DNA of 64,000 bases from Octopus vulgaris (lineage: Eukaryota), in NCBI GenBank assembly GCA_951406725.2, contig OX597823.1, positions 57,660,001 to 57,724,000 of the forward strand, given 5' to 3'. The notes under the pieces were generated by a model. That model was not told the origin of the DNA, did no database searches, and worked only from the letters and a program-made list of their open reading frames with translations. The translations under genes and the position numbers were made by a program. This document shows positions 1 through 14,212 of this stretch, in pieces; within the stretch, counting starts at the first letter, position 1; every line of letters starts with the position of its first letter.

Positions 1-311
1 ACTTGGGCAAGTGTCTTCTGCTATAGCCTCGGTCGACCAAAGCCTTGTGAGTGGATTTGGTAGACGGAAACTGAAAGAAGTCCATCGTATATATGTATAT
101 ATATATATGTTTGTGTGCCTGTGTTTGTCTCCCTAGCATTGCTTGACAACCGATGCTGGTATGTTTATGTCCCCGTCACTTAGCGGTTCGGCAAAAGAGA
201 CCGATATAATAAGTACTAGGGTTACAAAGAATAAGTCCTGGGGTCGATTTGCTCGACTAAAGGCTGTGCTCCAGAATGGCCGCAGTCAAATGACTGAAAC
301 AAGTAAAAGAG
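1..311 (+). mobile_element. SINE family A (tRNA head, CORE-like cttgggcaagtgtctt, internal microsatellite); 5' end cut by window edge
   Basis: Near-identical to full copies at 24714, 50728 and 56649; ends ggccgcagtcaaatgactgaaacaagtaaaagag. Confidence 0.9.
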
Positions 312-633
312 TATATGTGAAGATTATAGGATTTGCTGATGAAGGTCGGAGTAAGATCAAAATTAATCTAGATTGGAAAATCATAATAATCATTGGATAA
401 TTTCACTTTTCTTCTTTTTACTCTTTGTGCATTTATTATGATAACACAAACTGCATTATTATTTTTCATTGGGATGTTGATCTTGAAACATTCAATCTCT
501 AAAAAATATATATTACACTCACGTATGTGTGTGTGAGCGTCTGTGTTTGTGTGAGTGAGTGTCTGTGTTTGTGTGTGTTAGTGCATGTGCGTGTTTTTGT
601 TTGTGTGTGTGTGTATGCATATGTGTTTTGGAG

Positions 634-1015
634 TGGAGGCGCAATGGCCCAGTGGTTAGGGCAGCGGACTCGCGGTCATAGGATCGCGGTTTCGATTCCC
701 AGACCGGGCGTTGTGAGTGTTTATTGAGCGAAAACACCTAAAGCTCCACAAGGCTCCGGCAGGGGATGTGGTGATCCCTGCTGTACTCTTTCACCACAAC
801 TTTCTCTCACTCTTACTTCCTGTTTCTGTTGTACCTGTATTTCAAGGGGCCGGCCTTGTCACTCTCTGTGTCACGCTGAATATCCCCGAGAACTACGTTA
901 AGAGCGCACGTGTCTGTGGAGTGCTCAGCCACTTACACGTTAATTTCACGAGCAGGCTGTTCCATTGATTCGGATCAACCGGAACCTTCATCGTCGTAAC
1001 CGACGGAGTGCTTCC
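634..1015 (+). mobile_element. SINE family C (tRNA-derived head)
   Basis: A box tggcccagtggttagg and B box ggtttcgattccc; body shared with copies at 19715 and 28527. Confidence 0.85.
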
Positions 1016-1116
1016 ATATATGTGTTTTGGTGTGTGTGTCTGTGTGTATGTCTCTATGTGTGTGTCTATGTATATTATATAATATATTGATATAACTGAA
1101 TTGTATGTTTATATGT

Positions 1117-1440
1117 GAAGGCGCATAGCTCAGTGGTTAGAGGGTCGAGGTTGAGAGATCGAATCCCGGACCGGGCTGCGTATTGTGTTCTTGAGCAAAA
1201 CGCTTTATTTCATGTTGCTCCAGTTTATTCAGCTGTAGATATGAGTTGCAACATCACAGGTGCCAAGCTGTATCTGCTGTTTCCTTTTCCTTGGATAACA
1301 CTTGTGGCGTGGAGATGAGAAGCCTGGTATGCATGGGCGACTGCTGGTCTTCCGTAAACAACCCTGCTCGGACTTGTGGCTGGAAGGGTAACTTTCTAAG
1401 TGAAATCCCACGCTCAGTCATGACCGAAGGGGTTCTCAAC
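1117..1440 (+). mobile_element. SINE family C variant, diverged
   Basis: tagctcagtggttag head, then gtgttcttgagcaaaacgctttatttcatgttgctccagtttattcagctg as in the copy at 59853. Confidence 0.7.
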
Positions 1441-1583
1441 AGCAATATATATGTTTATATATATATCATTTATAAAATCACACACACACATACGCAAAGC
1501 TCATTATTAATAAAAGAATGTTGAATGTATCGAAGACTGCTGCTAAATAGACCTAACATACATGTACACACTTATGCTAGTAA

Positions 1584-1614
<31 letters not shown>

Positions 1615-2490
1615 CGAGCAAATAGGTGTTTTTATGGTTTGCTGTTTTTTATAGTAGTTGGTGTTACTGCTGGTCCCGTTGTTGTTGTTGTTGTTGTTGT
1701 TCAGTTCAAGACACTCCACCAATGACTATCCCCAATTTTTTTTTGTTTTTTCCTATCACCAGCAAACACATGGCCGCATTATATCTCATATCTTGTTCTA
1801 GGTTGTTCCCTACTCTTTTCTTCAATGATCTGTGACGGGAGAACATAGATAGGGCGGGAATGTACACGACAGCAAACTGGTTATATTTATCAGTTGATAT
1901 AAATCCACTTATTTCACAAACACAGCTATAACAATCACGTGAAATGCAATAATGAATATCTCACGTCGCATTCATTATATTTTATTTTTCAAATTCAGAC
2001 CTCTGTCCTTTGTTAAAAAAAAAATCGAATTAACGAACAAAGGAAACTGAATCCAATATGTATAGTTTGATCTTCTCGAAACGTTTTATTTTTTTTTTTA
2101 TATATATAATTATAAATTGCGAATCTGTAAATAAATATTATTATTTGATTTTTCTCTCTCACTCAATATTTGGTTAGTTGATGGGCAAACAAATCGAACA
2201 ACAAACTCTACGTTTGACATAACAAAAATAAAATAATGAGAAAAATCAAAAGCTTTCCGTACATAAGAACCCAAACATGCATATATACGCATACAAAATA
2301 TAGACTCAAAGAAGCCTATACACACTCACACACACTCACACATATACATACGTACATACACCCTGACACATACGTATGTATCTTAATGTTTGCTTTTGTG
2401 TACAGTTATAATAAAAATAGTCTTACATTAATCTGATGGGTTACTCTATATTCTGTAGAGTACAAATCTATTATACTTAAGCAAAAATGT

Positions 2491-2586
2491 TATTGACTGT
2501 GACTTCGAAGTTTCGGACAGCTAAGCCATTGTGAGACAGTCCGACAATGGCTTACCTGGTCGAAACTTCGAAGTCAGATTCAATAA
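2491..2586. repeat. Imperfect inverted repeat with a degenerate hammerhead-like half (GAAA-CTTCGAAG-TC) in each arm
   Basis: ttattgactgtgacttcgaagtttcggacagctaagccattgt / acaatggcttacctggtcgaaacttcgaagtcagattcaataa. Confidence 0.75.
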
Positions 2587-2605
2587 TAGTCTTGTTTAAG
2601 AACTA

Positions 2606-2670
<65 letters not shown>

Positions 2671-2821
2671 ATATATATAGTTTGAGTTTGATCTGAGAAC
2701 ATATCTTTGTGGTGAATATGATATATATATACTTTTCTGTTCAGTCCAATTGGTATATATAAATATTTTAATCGATATATACTGGTAATTGAAAATATCA
2801 ATTTCTACCCTTAATTAATTT

Positions 2822-2869
<48 letters not shown>

Positions 2870-2870
2870 C

Positions 2871-2960
2871 TACTTGTTTCAGTCATTTGATTGTGGCCAT
2901 GCTGGAGCACAACCTTTAGTCGAGAAAATCGATCCAGGACTTATACTTCGTAAGCCTAGT
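2871..2960 (-). mobile_element. SINE family A 3' fragment
   Basis: tacttgtttcagtcatttgattgtggccatgctggagcac is the reverse complement of the family tail. Confidence 0.8.
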
Positions 2961-3138
2961 GCTACGAAGTGGCTCTGAAGTCGGAACCGTACGGTTGAGT
3001 AGTAAATATCTCACCACACATCCAAGTTTCGCACACGAATAAAAAGCTGAAGTTCTTCACTATCAAGACCTTTTGGCTCCATTCATCACCGAAAGGAAAT
3101 GAATATGTAACCAGTGTTTTTTAAACAATATCAAAACA

Positions 3139-3392
3139 CAATCGTAATTCTTTTCACATGTATTCGACTTGCCCTTTTTACCTGGCTGAGCGACAACATT
3201 ACGTGACATTGCATAGGGTTGATTTTTTTTGGGGGGCCGGAGTACAGAAATGGTTTATGATATAGACCTGTGTTTCCAATACTATTTCCCTCCGCCAACT
3301 GCCCTATATAACTTTCCAGAAAGTTACTGGGACGTAAAAACAGCAATCGTAATTCTTTTCACATGTATTCGACTTGCCCTTTTTACCTGGCT
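3139..3392 (+). repeat. 49-bp perfect direct repeat (3139-3187 and 3344-3392)
   Basis: caatcgtaattcttttcacatgtattcgacttgccctttttacctggct occurs twice. Confidence 0.9.
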
Positions 3393-3615
3393 CAGACACA
3401 GACACACACACACATAAATTATATATATATATATATATATAAATATATATACGACAGGCTTCTTTCAGTTTCCGTTTATCAAATCTATTCACAAGGAGTT
3501 GGTTGGCCCGAGGCTATAGTAGAAGATATTTGCCCAAGGTGCCACGCTGTGTAACTGAACCCAGAGCCATGCGGTTGGGAAGCAAGCTTCTTAACACACA
3601 GCCACTCATACGCCT
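3321..3615 (-). mobile_element. SINE family A, 5' two thirds
   Basis: ttctttcagtttccgtttatcaaatc...gaggctatagtagaagatatttgcccaaggtgccacgc...acacagccactc. Confidence 0.8.
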
Positions 3616-3625
3616 ATATGATATA

Positions 3626-4926
3626 TACGATAAGGTACTAAAAAGATACCAGAATTTTGCAATATTTTTTTTTATTCAATTATTTTTAAATGCTTACACT
3701 TTTATCGGTTTCAAAGTAATCTCTATTCGAAGCAGTCCTAGAACTCTTGCGAAGTGATGCCTTTTAACGCCGCCGTCGTTTTTTCTTCACCTCTTCCTCA
3801 TCGGCAAAAAGTTTTCTTTTAAGGACTTTTTTCCATTCGTGGAAACCAAAAGAAAAACAAAAAAAGCTGCAGGAAGCCTGATCGGGTGAATAGTGAGGCT
3901 GGATAAGCGGAGTCATGCTATTTTTGGTCAAAAACTGTCTCACACTGAGGCGACGTACTCAGGTGCATTGTTGTGATCAAACCACCACTCTCCACTCTGC
4001 TACAGTCCGGGGCGTTTTCGTGTAACCGCGTGTTGCAAACACTTCACAACTTCCAACTAAAATGTCGAATTAAAAGTTTGAGCCGGAGGAACATATTCTG
4101 TGTGGACAATTCCTTTCGCATCGATAAAACAAATCAACATCGTCTTGAGACTGGACTTCACTTCAAGCACTTTTGGAGGACGTGGTGACAGTGAATGCTT
4201 CCATCGACTTGATTGCTGCTTCGTTTCTGGGTCGTGGCTGTAGCACCAGCCTTCGTCACCAGTAATGAGCTTCGAAAGAAGTTTCGGATCAACTTCCAAC
4301 TGTTCTCTCAGTCCACAACAGGCATTTAGTCGTGACTGCTTTTGACCTTCCGTGAGCAAGTGAGGCACGAATTTTGATGCAACTCTTTCCATTTGCAATT
4401 CCTCAAAATTCGTTAGCAGGAGCTCCAGGATACACCAGTCATATCAGCAAATCTGTCAATTGTTCGGCGACGTTCCTCCAAGATCTGTTCATGAATTTTC
4501 GTGATGTTTTCGTTCGTTCAGGAAGTCGACGGTTGCCGGAGATGAGGTTGGTTTTGAAGTGACAAGTAATCATTCCTAAAGCATGAATTTCACTCGTAAA
4601 CTTGTGTTTTGTTCATGATAACGTCATTATCATCTATTAGAAGCATAAGAAATGTTTCGGCCACCGTTTACCCCAGCAGGAAACTAAATTTTACGAAAGC
4701 ACGCAGTCCCTTCCACTCAGTCGTCGCAAAAATCGACGAATAGCGAAGAAGCACTGGCAAATAAAGACCCACCACATGGCAGTACAACTTTACAAGGTGA
4801 CCCAGGTCGGCAGACTGCTGCTTGAGAGTCACATCAATTGGCTCCTTGCAGCGGAAGCTTGGACTGCGACGGGCTTGTCGCACAGAGAACGTTTCCACTT
4901 ACTTTACTTTTGGGTACCGCTTCGTA
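3626..4926 (-). mobile_element. Full-length (about 1.3 kb) decayed mariner (DD34D) transposon
   Basis: Imperfect TIRs tacgataaggtactaaaaaga / tacttttgggtaccgcttcgta with TA ends; ORF 4057-4398 contains KFVPHLLT and LITGDEGWCY; downstream HNNAP and HYSPDQ motifs in broken frames. Confidence 0.9.
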
Positions 4927-4932
4927 TATATT

Positions 4933-5028
<96 letters not shown>

Positions 5029-5837
5029 ATCTATTTATCTGAATATATATATATATATATATACATACTATATGTATACACATGCATATATGTGTGTATA
5101 TATATATATATGTATATGTATGTGTGTGTGTGTATGTGTGTGTGTGTATTCTTTCGTTAAACACGATTTGATGCCATAATTCCAACGAGCATTCATTCCT
5201 ATACAGCTGAGCCATTGTGTTTCCACCGAGGAATTTACCAAGATAAATCTTCCATCCTCTTCGCTAAGTCGTGAAATATATTCGATATTTAAATAATTGT
5301 CTACAATTAGTAAAAGATGGCATATGAGCTTGTGAAACATCGGAAGGTGTTTTTACTGAAACGCGTTGGTCTCTTTCTCTCTCTTCAGACACACACGCGC
5401 TCGCTTAAGCTTAAAAGGCATACGTACATACACATTTGTATGCATCTATGTATTTATGAGTGATATGGGCATGACTGTTTGTGTGTGCGTGTGCATGTGT
5501 GTGTGTGTGGTGTGTATGTGTTTGTGTGTTTATCTCTGTTTATCTGCGTGTATGGTGGCACTATATGAGATGTAAAGTGTCTGGCCGGTAATTATGAATA
5601 ATTACATATAGAACTTGAAAATTATCAGTGGCGAAGGTAGGATTAGCAATACCGGCATTACCATAATAACTGAAATGGTTCGATTTGTTTTGTCCATCTT
5701 TACTGTAAGTCATAGAGACTAATCTTTACTGCCTATCTAAGGCATATTAACTTATAATTAGAATTCGATATTTCAACGGTGCATACACATACACACACAA
5801 ATATACACGCGCATAGAGAAATAAGAAGAGAGAGAGG

Positions 5838-5895
<58 letters not shown>

Positions 5896-6150
5896 AGAAA
5901 CACACATATACATAAATGTGTAATTTGTGTGCGACTATATATACAAACACGTATCTAATTATCAATGAAAGTATAGCGGCATGTATATTTGAATATGTAT
6001 GAATACACAAACATAGTGTGTGCATAGGTATATATGTGTGTGAGTGTGTGTGCGTGCATGTGCTTGTGCGTGAATGGACGCGTGTATGTATATGTATATA
6101 TATATATATATATATGCATGTATATATATGTATATATGTGTATAGATAGA

Positions 6151-6197
<47 letters not shown>

Positions 6198-6471
6198 ATG
6201 TGAGTGTGCGTGTGCATGTAGCAAAATTTGTATTTATATATATATGTGTACGCATCTATGTGCACATATATTTAGTGTGCCCACACCCATATGTTTTATA
6301 TATATAGACTCTCTCATCTGTGTGAAGTCAACAAACGCGCTTTGCAACTAAAAGATTTCAAATTTCGTCACACTGAGCACCACCTTGAGCAAGTATCTTA
6401 AATTCGAAGCGGACAAAAACCTTGTTAATGCATTTGGTTGCCGAAAAGTGTGTGGAAACCCTTCGTGTTCA

Positions 6472-7625
6472 TATTGGGTTGGCAACTAAGCTCCCGCCGT
6501 TTTTTTAAACTTAAATTTTTTTTAAATGTTTAATAGAAGAATAACAAATTAATCAATAATGTATTCACCTTTGTTGTTAACAAATACTTCCCAACGTTCA
6601 ACAAGATTTTCGATACCTCGTTGGTAGAAATTCCTTGATCCAACCAAGCTCTCAATTCTACATCAGTATTTAATGAAACTCTGCACATAGCATTTGAAAA
6701 AGATCGAAAGAGGTGGAAGTCCGTTGGTGCTAAATCAGGGGATTACGGCGGGTGTGGCAGCTCTTCCCAGCCATGCGTTTGAATGGCTTCGTTGGTCATA
6801 TTGGCGATATGAGGGCGGGCGTTGTCGTGCAGCCGATCTCCATGCTGCCGATTAAGTTTTTCCTTTTCAATAGCCGTCTTGAGTCGTTCCATTTGTTGAA
6901 CATAGATTTCAGCGTTGAACGTTTGGTTCCGGCCAAGCAATTCGTAATGGATAATCCCTTCCCAGTCCAACTATACGCACAACATCGTTTTACGCGGATG
7001 AAGATCTTGTTTCACGCGCCGTGTCGCTTGTTTACCGCGGCTAAGCCATTCCTTACTCTACTTCATATTGATGTACAGGCACCATTTTTCGTCGCCAGTA
7101 ACGATTCGGTAAAGAAATCGTTGCTTGAGTCCAAGAGTTGAGCGGTGACGAGCAAGCAAGCCAAAGGAGATTGTGGCTCGTTGATTTTTGTTGTTGTCAC
7201 TTAAAGCATGCGGAACACATGCTCCATACTTCGGAAGCTTTCCCATCGAGTGAAGATGTTACTCTATAGCAGTGTGGGACCATTCCATTCTTTCTTCCAG
7301 TTCCCTTGTTTGACGAAAATTTTCATGCAAAAGTTGGTTTAATTGCTCTTCATTAATCTCAACTGGACGGCCATAACGAGGTGCGTTTTTGAGGTCAAAT
7401 TTTCCATTTTTGAACTTGGCTTACCAATCACGCGCGGTTCTTTCAGCTATGGCACCCTATCCATACACAGCACAAATGTCGCGAGCAACTTTTGCGCCCT
7501 TAGAACCTTGAGGAAAAGCAAAAAGGAGGTGTCGAAAATGCTCGTTTTTCTTAACTTCACATACCATTTTAATGATCTGAAAATAAGCAAAAATTAACTA
7601 AAATTAACTACGAAAAAAAAAAAAG
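6472..7625 (-). mobile_element. Decayed mariner transposon (second family)
   Basis: TIR-like tattgggttggcaactaag; motifs VPHALS, IVTGDEKWCLY, LHDNARPH, PHPP*SPDLAPTDFHLFRS across frameshifts. Confidence 0.9.
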
Positions 7626-7717
7626 ATTCCAAAATTTAAAAACTGGTTTGATGAGCTTACTCTGCTACACTGGCTCGACGTAGTTTCACAAAGGCATGCA
7701 TTTTTTGTTTTTATACT

Positions 7718-7822
<105 letters not shown>

Positions 7823-7866
7823 TATAAAAGAATGGAGTTGAACGACGAATTAACAAAATTCCTTTA

Positions 7867-7949
7867 TTTTCGACATATGTTTCGAAGGCTGCATATTCAT
7901 AATTGCGAAGGAATAAGGAGTATATTATGCTGCTTTCTCATCAGGAAAA
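7867..7949 (-). ncRNA. Type I hammerhead ribozyme, intact core
   Basis: Minus strand: ttttc CTGATGA gaaagcagcata..tatgcagccttc GAAA catatg TC gaaaa; stem I 5 bp, stem II 10 of 12 pairs, palindromic stem III, GUC cleavage triplet. Confidence 0.8.
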
Positions 7950-8479
7950 GCAAGGAACTTATGTCAACATCAAGATGCACAAAAAACTTTTAGATGACTG
8001 CTCACACGGAGCCCATAGTGATAATGAGTGTCTCTTTAAAAAAATTTCCTTTATAAGGAGTGATGTCAAAATGGTTGGATGTATATATATATATACAAGT
8101 ATGAAGGAAAACCTTAGGGGCAAATTTTGCTGTAATTGCCCCAGTAAAGACGATGATTTTTGCAAAGCATCTGTCAAGTCTTACAATAGTAGGGTGGAAA
8201 AGAGTAGATACCGCATCGTTAAGAAGAAATTACTTAGGAAATTGTAGCTGCAACTGTTCTACATTTACTTCGAACGTGTGACCAAAAACTTATGCTGCGC
8301 ACAATTATTTGTTAATTTGCCCAGAAATATAGGGCAAAAGATCTTGCCGAATAAAAATGATTCGAACTCATGAAAGACGTCTCCCGCTCAGAAGGTTTTC
8401 GCGCGGAAGGTTCGATCGGACTCAGTATTAGTTGATTGCAGAGCAAACTTCCTTTCACACACAATTATGCCAGCACATT

Positions 8480-8521
8480 GCTATGTATGTATGTATGTAT
8501 GTATGTATGTATGTATGTATG

Positions 8522-8554
<33 letters not shown>

Positions 8555-8808
8555 TTCAATGTATGCATGCGTCTGTATATGTATGTATATTAAAAGAGAG
8601 GGGGAAGGAGAGTAGGGACAGAGAGAAGAAAGAGAGTGAGAAGAGAGAGAAGGAGAGAGAGAAGAGAGAGAAAGAGAGAGAGAGTCTTTAATCCTCAAAA
8701 CTTCTGTTTCGTAAATATCTTTCCATTTACAAACACTCAAAATTCATTCTGAATAACTAAACTTGTCTCCATCGATTTTTACACTGAACTTTTCAATATC
8801 AGAAGACA

Positions 8809-8855
<47 letters not shown>

Positions 8856-8877
8856 CACATATATATATATACATATA

Positions 8878-8926
<49 letters not shown>

Positions 8927-8929
8927 GTT

Positions 8930-8974
<45 letters not shown>

Positions 8975-8985
8975 GTATGTTTGTG

Positions 8986-9018
<33 letters not shown>

Positions 9019-9372
9019 GTATATACATATAAATGTGTATATGTATGTATGTATGTATGTATTTATAATAATACATAAATAGTTCGATTTCTAAAGGTAC
9101 CCATATTTAGAAATAACCATCAGTATGGAAATATATTCAGAATTGTTTGTATGTGGCTCGTTAGAATAGATTTTAATATCGCAGAAAGATGTTTGAATTC
9201 CGGAAACTGTGACATTTTTTTCTTTCATATTCTATTATTCTTTCATACTTTAATTCTTTCAAAGACATGTCATATGGAAATAAAGCAAAAGTGACATATT
9301 GCGATGAATTCATAGACACACACACATACGCACATATGTAGATACACATACATATATATTTATGTTTATACG

Positions 9373-9403
<31 letters not shown>

Positions 9404-9998
9404 ATGTGTGTAAGTGTGTATGCATGTATAGGTGTATGTATGTATGAATATTCGCAGACATCCTGAAATACGCATGGATATATATATACAAAGCGTAAGC
9501 TTTAGTGATAGATTGCTATGTCTATTTAAGTATATCTATTAAATACGTACAAATATATAAAGATTCATAAATATATCTAAGTGTATTGAATAGTGTATAA
9601 ACATGTTATAATAAACTATATGCATTGAAATGACATAACTTAATATATCTCTATATATATATTTAAATGCAAATATACAGACACAAACACACATGCATAT
9701 ATTCATATATATCTACATATATATAAATAGACGTATGTCTATATAAATTTATAGATACCGTTATACATTTAAATATATATATATATATATATATATATAA
9801 CACTAATATACATAGAAATGTTTAAACTAATATTTAACGGTCCCAAACACAAAATAGTGAAAGTAGAGATGTGCAGATCCACAAAACGTACGTACATACT
9901 TAATAAACTTATCAATATATGAATTTATCTCTACATCTTTCAGTCATATATTCTATAAAATTCTCCCGGTATCTGTATACATATGTTTGTATTAATAC

Positions 9999-10071
<73 letters not shown>

Positions 10072-10280
10072 TGTGTATAAATATGTATGTATATGTTTAT
10101 ATATACGAATACATATTGATTATATGTATATATACGCATTTATACAGATGTGTAAATACATTTACATATATATGTGTTTATGTGTAGCTATAGGTATATA
10201 TATATATATAATTGGTAACTATAGAATATACCTAGGCATGTGAGTAATGAAATGCTTCTGAATATATGTACGCATATGTA

Positions 10281-10332
<52 letters not shown>

Positions 10333-10817
10333 CATACATTTATGCTTTCGATGGGGAGTGAGAGAGAGAGAGAGAGTGAGAGAAACAGACAGGCAGATAG
10401 ATAGATATATTGGTGTATATATACGTTCAAAGGTTCACACATATATTAATTCTCTGTTTTGAGGAATATTTGAATGATTTTACGTTTGTTGAACGGTATG
10501 TTTATGCATGCATACATAAATATATTTACTATGATGCTGTCTAGAGTATATATGTTTATATACTATTAAAAAATTAATCTGCCTTTCCCTTTATACAATA
10601 AAATACCCTACAAATTTAGACGGCATATATATTCCGAGACATCTTATGTAATGGCCATTTAATTCTGTAAACAATCTGTCTCTATAGCGCCCATATATTC
10701 AACCCACCTCCAAATATTGGTAAGCATATTTTTAAACGTAGACACTCAAGCGTGTATATATATATATATGTATACACATATATATATTATATACAAATAT
10801 ATAATTAAATATATACC

Positions 10818-10883
<66 letters not shown>

Positions 10884-10900
10884 AATATATACATGTGTGC
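8480..10900. repeat. Dense compound microsatellites (TATG)n, (AG)n, (TA)n, (TG)n
   Basis: Directly visible; similar tracts occur throughout the window. Confidence 0.95.
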
Positions 10901-11005
10901 GTTTGTGTGTGTTCAATATTTTGTAGCAAAATGCAAATTGTTTCGGCCATAAAATGTGCTCTTCAGAGAAAATCGAATGGGATTGATTCAACTATGATAT
11001 ATATA

Positions 11006-11060
<55 letters not shown>

Positions 11061-11484
11061 GAGAGAGAGAAGGGGGGAGAGGGTGATATTCATTCCTTAA
11101 TTACCAATCAAAAACAAATCATGAGCAATACAATTGCTGAACTAAAAAACCTCTTCATGTATAAATCAAATATTACTGACAGTACGCTTATAAGTGGGGG
11201 AGAATATAAATGAAGAAGGAAATATCGTATGAGGGACAAATTGCAAATTACAGTCGGAGTTAATAGAATATATTAGGTAAAAGTAGTTAATAAATCGATA
11301 AAGTGTATTGACAAAAAAAAAAGGGTAGTTTAGAAAATACAAGCTCAAATATAGCTGAGTTTACATAGAGTCTGCTTAATGTCAGATAAGTGTTATAGTG
11401 TTGGGTAATAGACGGACATTAAAAGTTGAATAAACGATGAAATAAAAGAATTGATAATTGGTTAAAAAGTTTTATATAAAAATA

Positions 11485-11525
<41 letters not shown>

Positions 11526-11614
11526 AATGCAAATAAACCCAAACTCAGCAGTACATACGTGTATATAACATGAATTAATATATACATATATTTATAGACG
11601 TGTGCATATATATG

Positions 11615-11678
<64 letters not shown>

Positions 11679-11961
11679 TAAAGACGGATAAAAATATTTA
11701 TACACTGAAATAAATATTTTCTGACTACATAAATCAATAGATATATATAAATATACGTAAACTTCATAGATGGTTTTATATTAACGCATTCAAAATCAAA
11801 CTTGCCAAAAGTATTTAAATACAAGTAAAAGCTTAAACATTTTCAATATCAGCAAACCAACTAATACTTAAACATAAAAATTATTGCCCTAAATAAATTA
11901 TTTTGGGGAAAAAAATTCATACGATCATTATAAAATTAAGTACTGGACATATATATATATG

Positions 11962-12171
11962 TACTCTTTAACTTGTTTCTGTCATTTGACTGTTGCCATG
12001 CTGGAGCACCGCCTTTAGTCGATCAAATTAATCCCATGACTTATTCTTTGTAAGCCTGGTACTTATTATATAGGTCTCTTTTGCCGAACCGCTAAGTTAC
12101 GGGGACCAGCATCGGTTGTCAAGCGATGTTGGGGGACAAACACATATACACAAACACATACACATACACAT

Positions 12172-12256
<85 letters not shown>

Positions 12257-12327
12257 TACGACGGGCTTCTTTCAATTTCCGTCATCTAATGCGTTTCTCC
12301 ATTTTCTTATTTGTAGCACACACACAC

Positions 12328-12361
<34 letters not shown>

Positions 12362-12489
12362 AATCCACTCACAAGGCTTTGGTCGGTCCTAGGCTATAGT
12401 AGAAGGCACTTGCCCAAGGTGTAATGCAGTGGGACTGAACCCTGAACCATGTGATTGGGAAGCCAGCTTCTTACCACTCAGCCACCTCT
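11962..12489 (-). mobile_element. SINE family A, with expanded internal (CA)n(TA)n tract and a short insertion
   Basis: Tail, body and head match the consensus of other copies. Confidence 0.9.
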
Positions 12490-12855
12490 GATGTAAATGT
12501 ATATGACCCATAACACTACGTTATCAAAAGCTGTCAAATGAGACTGCTTAAAAATTCGTGTTAGAATTATCACAACTTAAATACTGTAAAAACTATTAAT
12601 ATTTTAAATAATTTATGTGACTGAAAGAGCTCTCAAAACAAACAACTAAAAAATGTATTTGCAGCCTCAGTTGAAACAATATAGAAAGATAAACAGAAGC
12701 ATAATCGTATGTCGATATAAATACACACATACATGTGTGTGAGTGTGTGTGTGTATGTGTGTGTGTGTGTGTGCGTGTGTGTGTGTGTGTGTGAAGGCTA
12801 AGTATAAATTCATATATACAGATATACAAACACACACAAACGCCCATACACACAT

Positions 12856-12902
<47 letters not shown>

Positions 12903-13061
12903 CTCAGTTATAAAAGCTTCGTTTGTCTTTACATCTAAGTAGATTCGAGTTCAGTTTCCCTCAGTGTTACCTGTTACGAAAATATTATACTGTAGGCATG
13001 GGTCGCGGACTGTCTTTGAAATGAATCTTTTAGGGAGAAACTGTGCACAAGCTCATATATG

Positions 13062-13103
<42 letters not shown>

Positions 13104-13504
13104 TATGTATGTATGTATGTATGTATTTATTTATTTATGTATATATGTATACGTAAAGGTGTTTGTGTTCTTGTCTAGGTCTCTCACGACACAACAGAGC
13201 TGACTTCCTTACATCCTCTTAGCCAGCGGTTCAGAAAGATGAGACCCATAGGATGATTATTCAGATCGATCTGGAGGATAAAATCATTTTAGGATAATAT
13301 CCAAGGAATGCATTTTTCATATGTATTTTATTATTTTAACTCACAATATTTTTCGTATATATCTTTTTTCTCCACACTTGAATTATTACTAGCTTTACAT
13401 CTGTAAATAAAACAGTATAAACGTTGTATTATGAATTCCATTACTTGCTTGAGTAAGTGGTCTCATAAAAATTTCTGGGACCAATGGTATGAAAAGAATA
13501 ATGG

Positions 13505-13899
13505 CTTCAAATTTTGCCACTATGCAAGCAAGTTCGGAGGCGGGGATAAGTCGTTAGCGTCGACCCCAGTGCTCAGCAGGTACTTATTTTATCGATCCCG
13601 AAAGGATGAAAAGCAAAGCTGGCCTCTGTGGAATTTGAACTCGGAATGTAAAGACGGACGAATACCTATTTCTTTACTACCTACAAGGGGCTAAACACAG
13701 AGGGGACGAACAAGGACAGACAAACGGATTAAGTCGATTATATCAACCCCAGTGCGTAACTGGTACTTATTTAATCGACCCCGAAAGGATGAAAGGCAAA
13801 GCTGACCTCGGCGGAATTTGAACTCAGAACGTAGTGGCAGACGAAATGCCACTAAGAATTTTGCCCGGTCTGCTAACGATTCGGCAAGCTCGCCGCCTT
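13505..13899 (-). mobile_element. SINE family B, dimeric internal module
   Basis: Reverse complement of ggcggcgagc..gaatcgttagc..gagttcaaattccgccgaggtc..ctttcatcctttcggggtcgat, body repeated twice. Confidence 0.85.
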
Positions 13900-13914
13900 T
13901 CTTATAGAAAGACT

Positions 13915-14212
13915 ATTACAACTCATATTATGCCGGACGCATACAATTCTGTTCTTTTCCGGCAAACAGTATATCACAAACCACGCAACATGTCATGGTA
14001 GTACTCCTTGTTACTGCCTGTCCAGGTGGAGTATACTTGTGATAAACAATGCCCTTGTAACCAATCTTGTTGGTCAACTGAAAGCAGTTTTGGCTCAAAC
14101 TCGGAAGACACGCACTTACATGTATAATACCAACTGATACAGTAAAGCTGTCATTTAGACTGTATGGAACAGTAGTTCTTAACAAGGGTCCATATAACTT
14201 TTGAGGATACAT
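13915..14212 (-). mobile_element. Mariner remnant
   Basis: YKGIVYHKYTPPGQAVT resembles the mariner GIVHxEF.PxGQTVN motif. Confidence 0.55.

Noticed and set aside
634-710. tRNA gene-like sequences (also at 59853 and the SINE A/B heads)
   Set aside because: They run directly into SINE bodies and lack a full cloverleaf with terminator; these are SINE heads.
5747-6351. YI/HT/CV-rich ORFs here and throughout the window
   Set aside because: Translations of (TA)n, (CA)n and (TATG)n.
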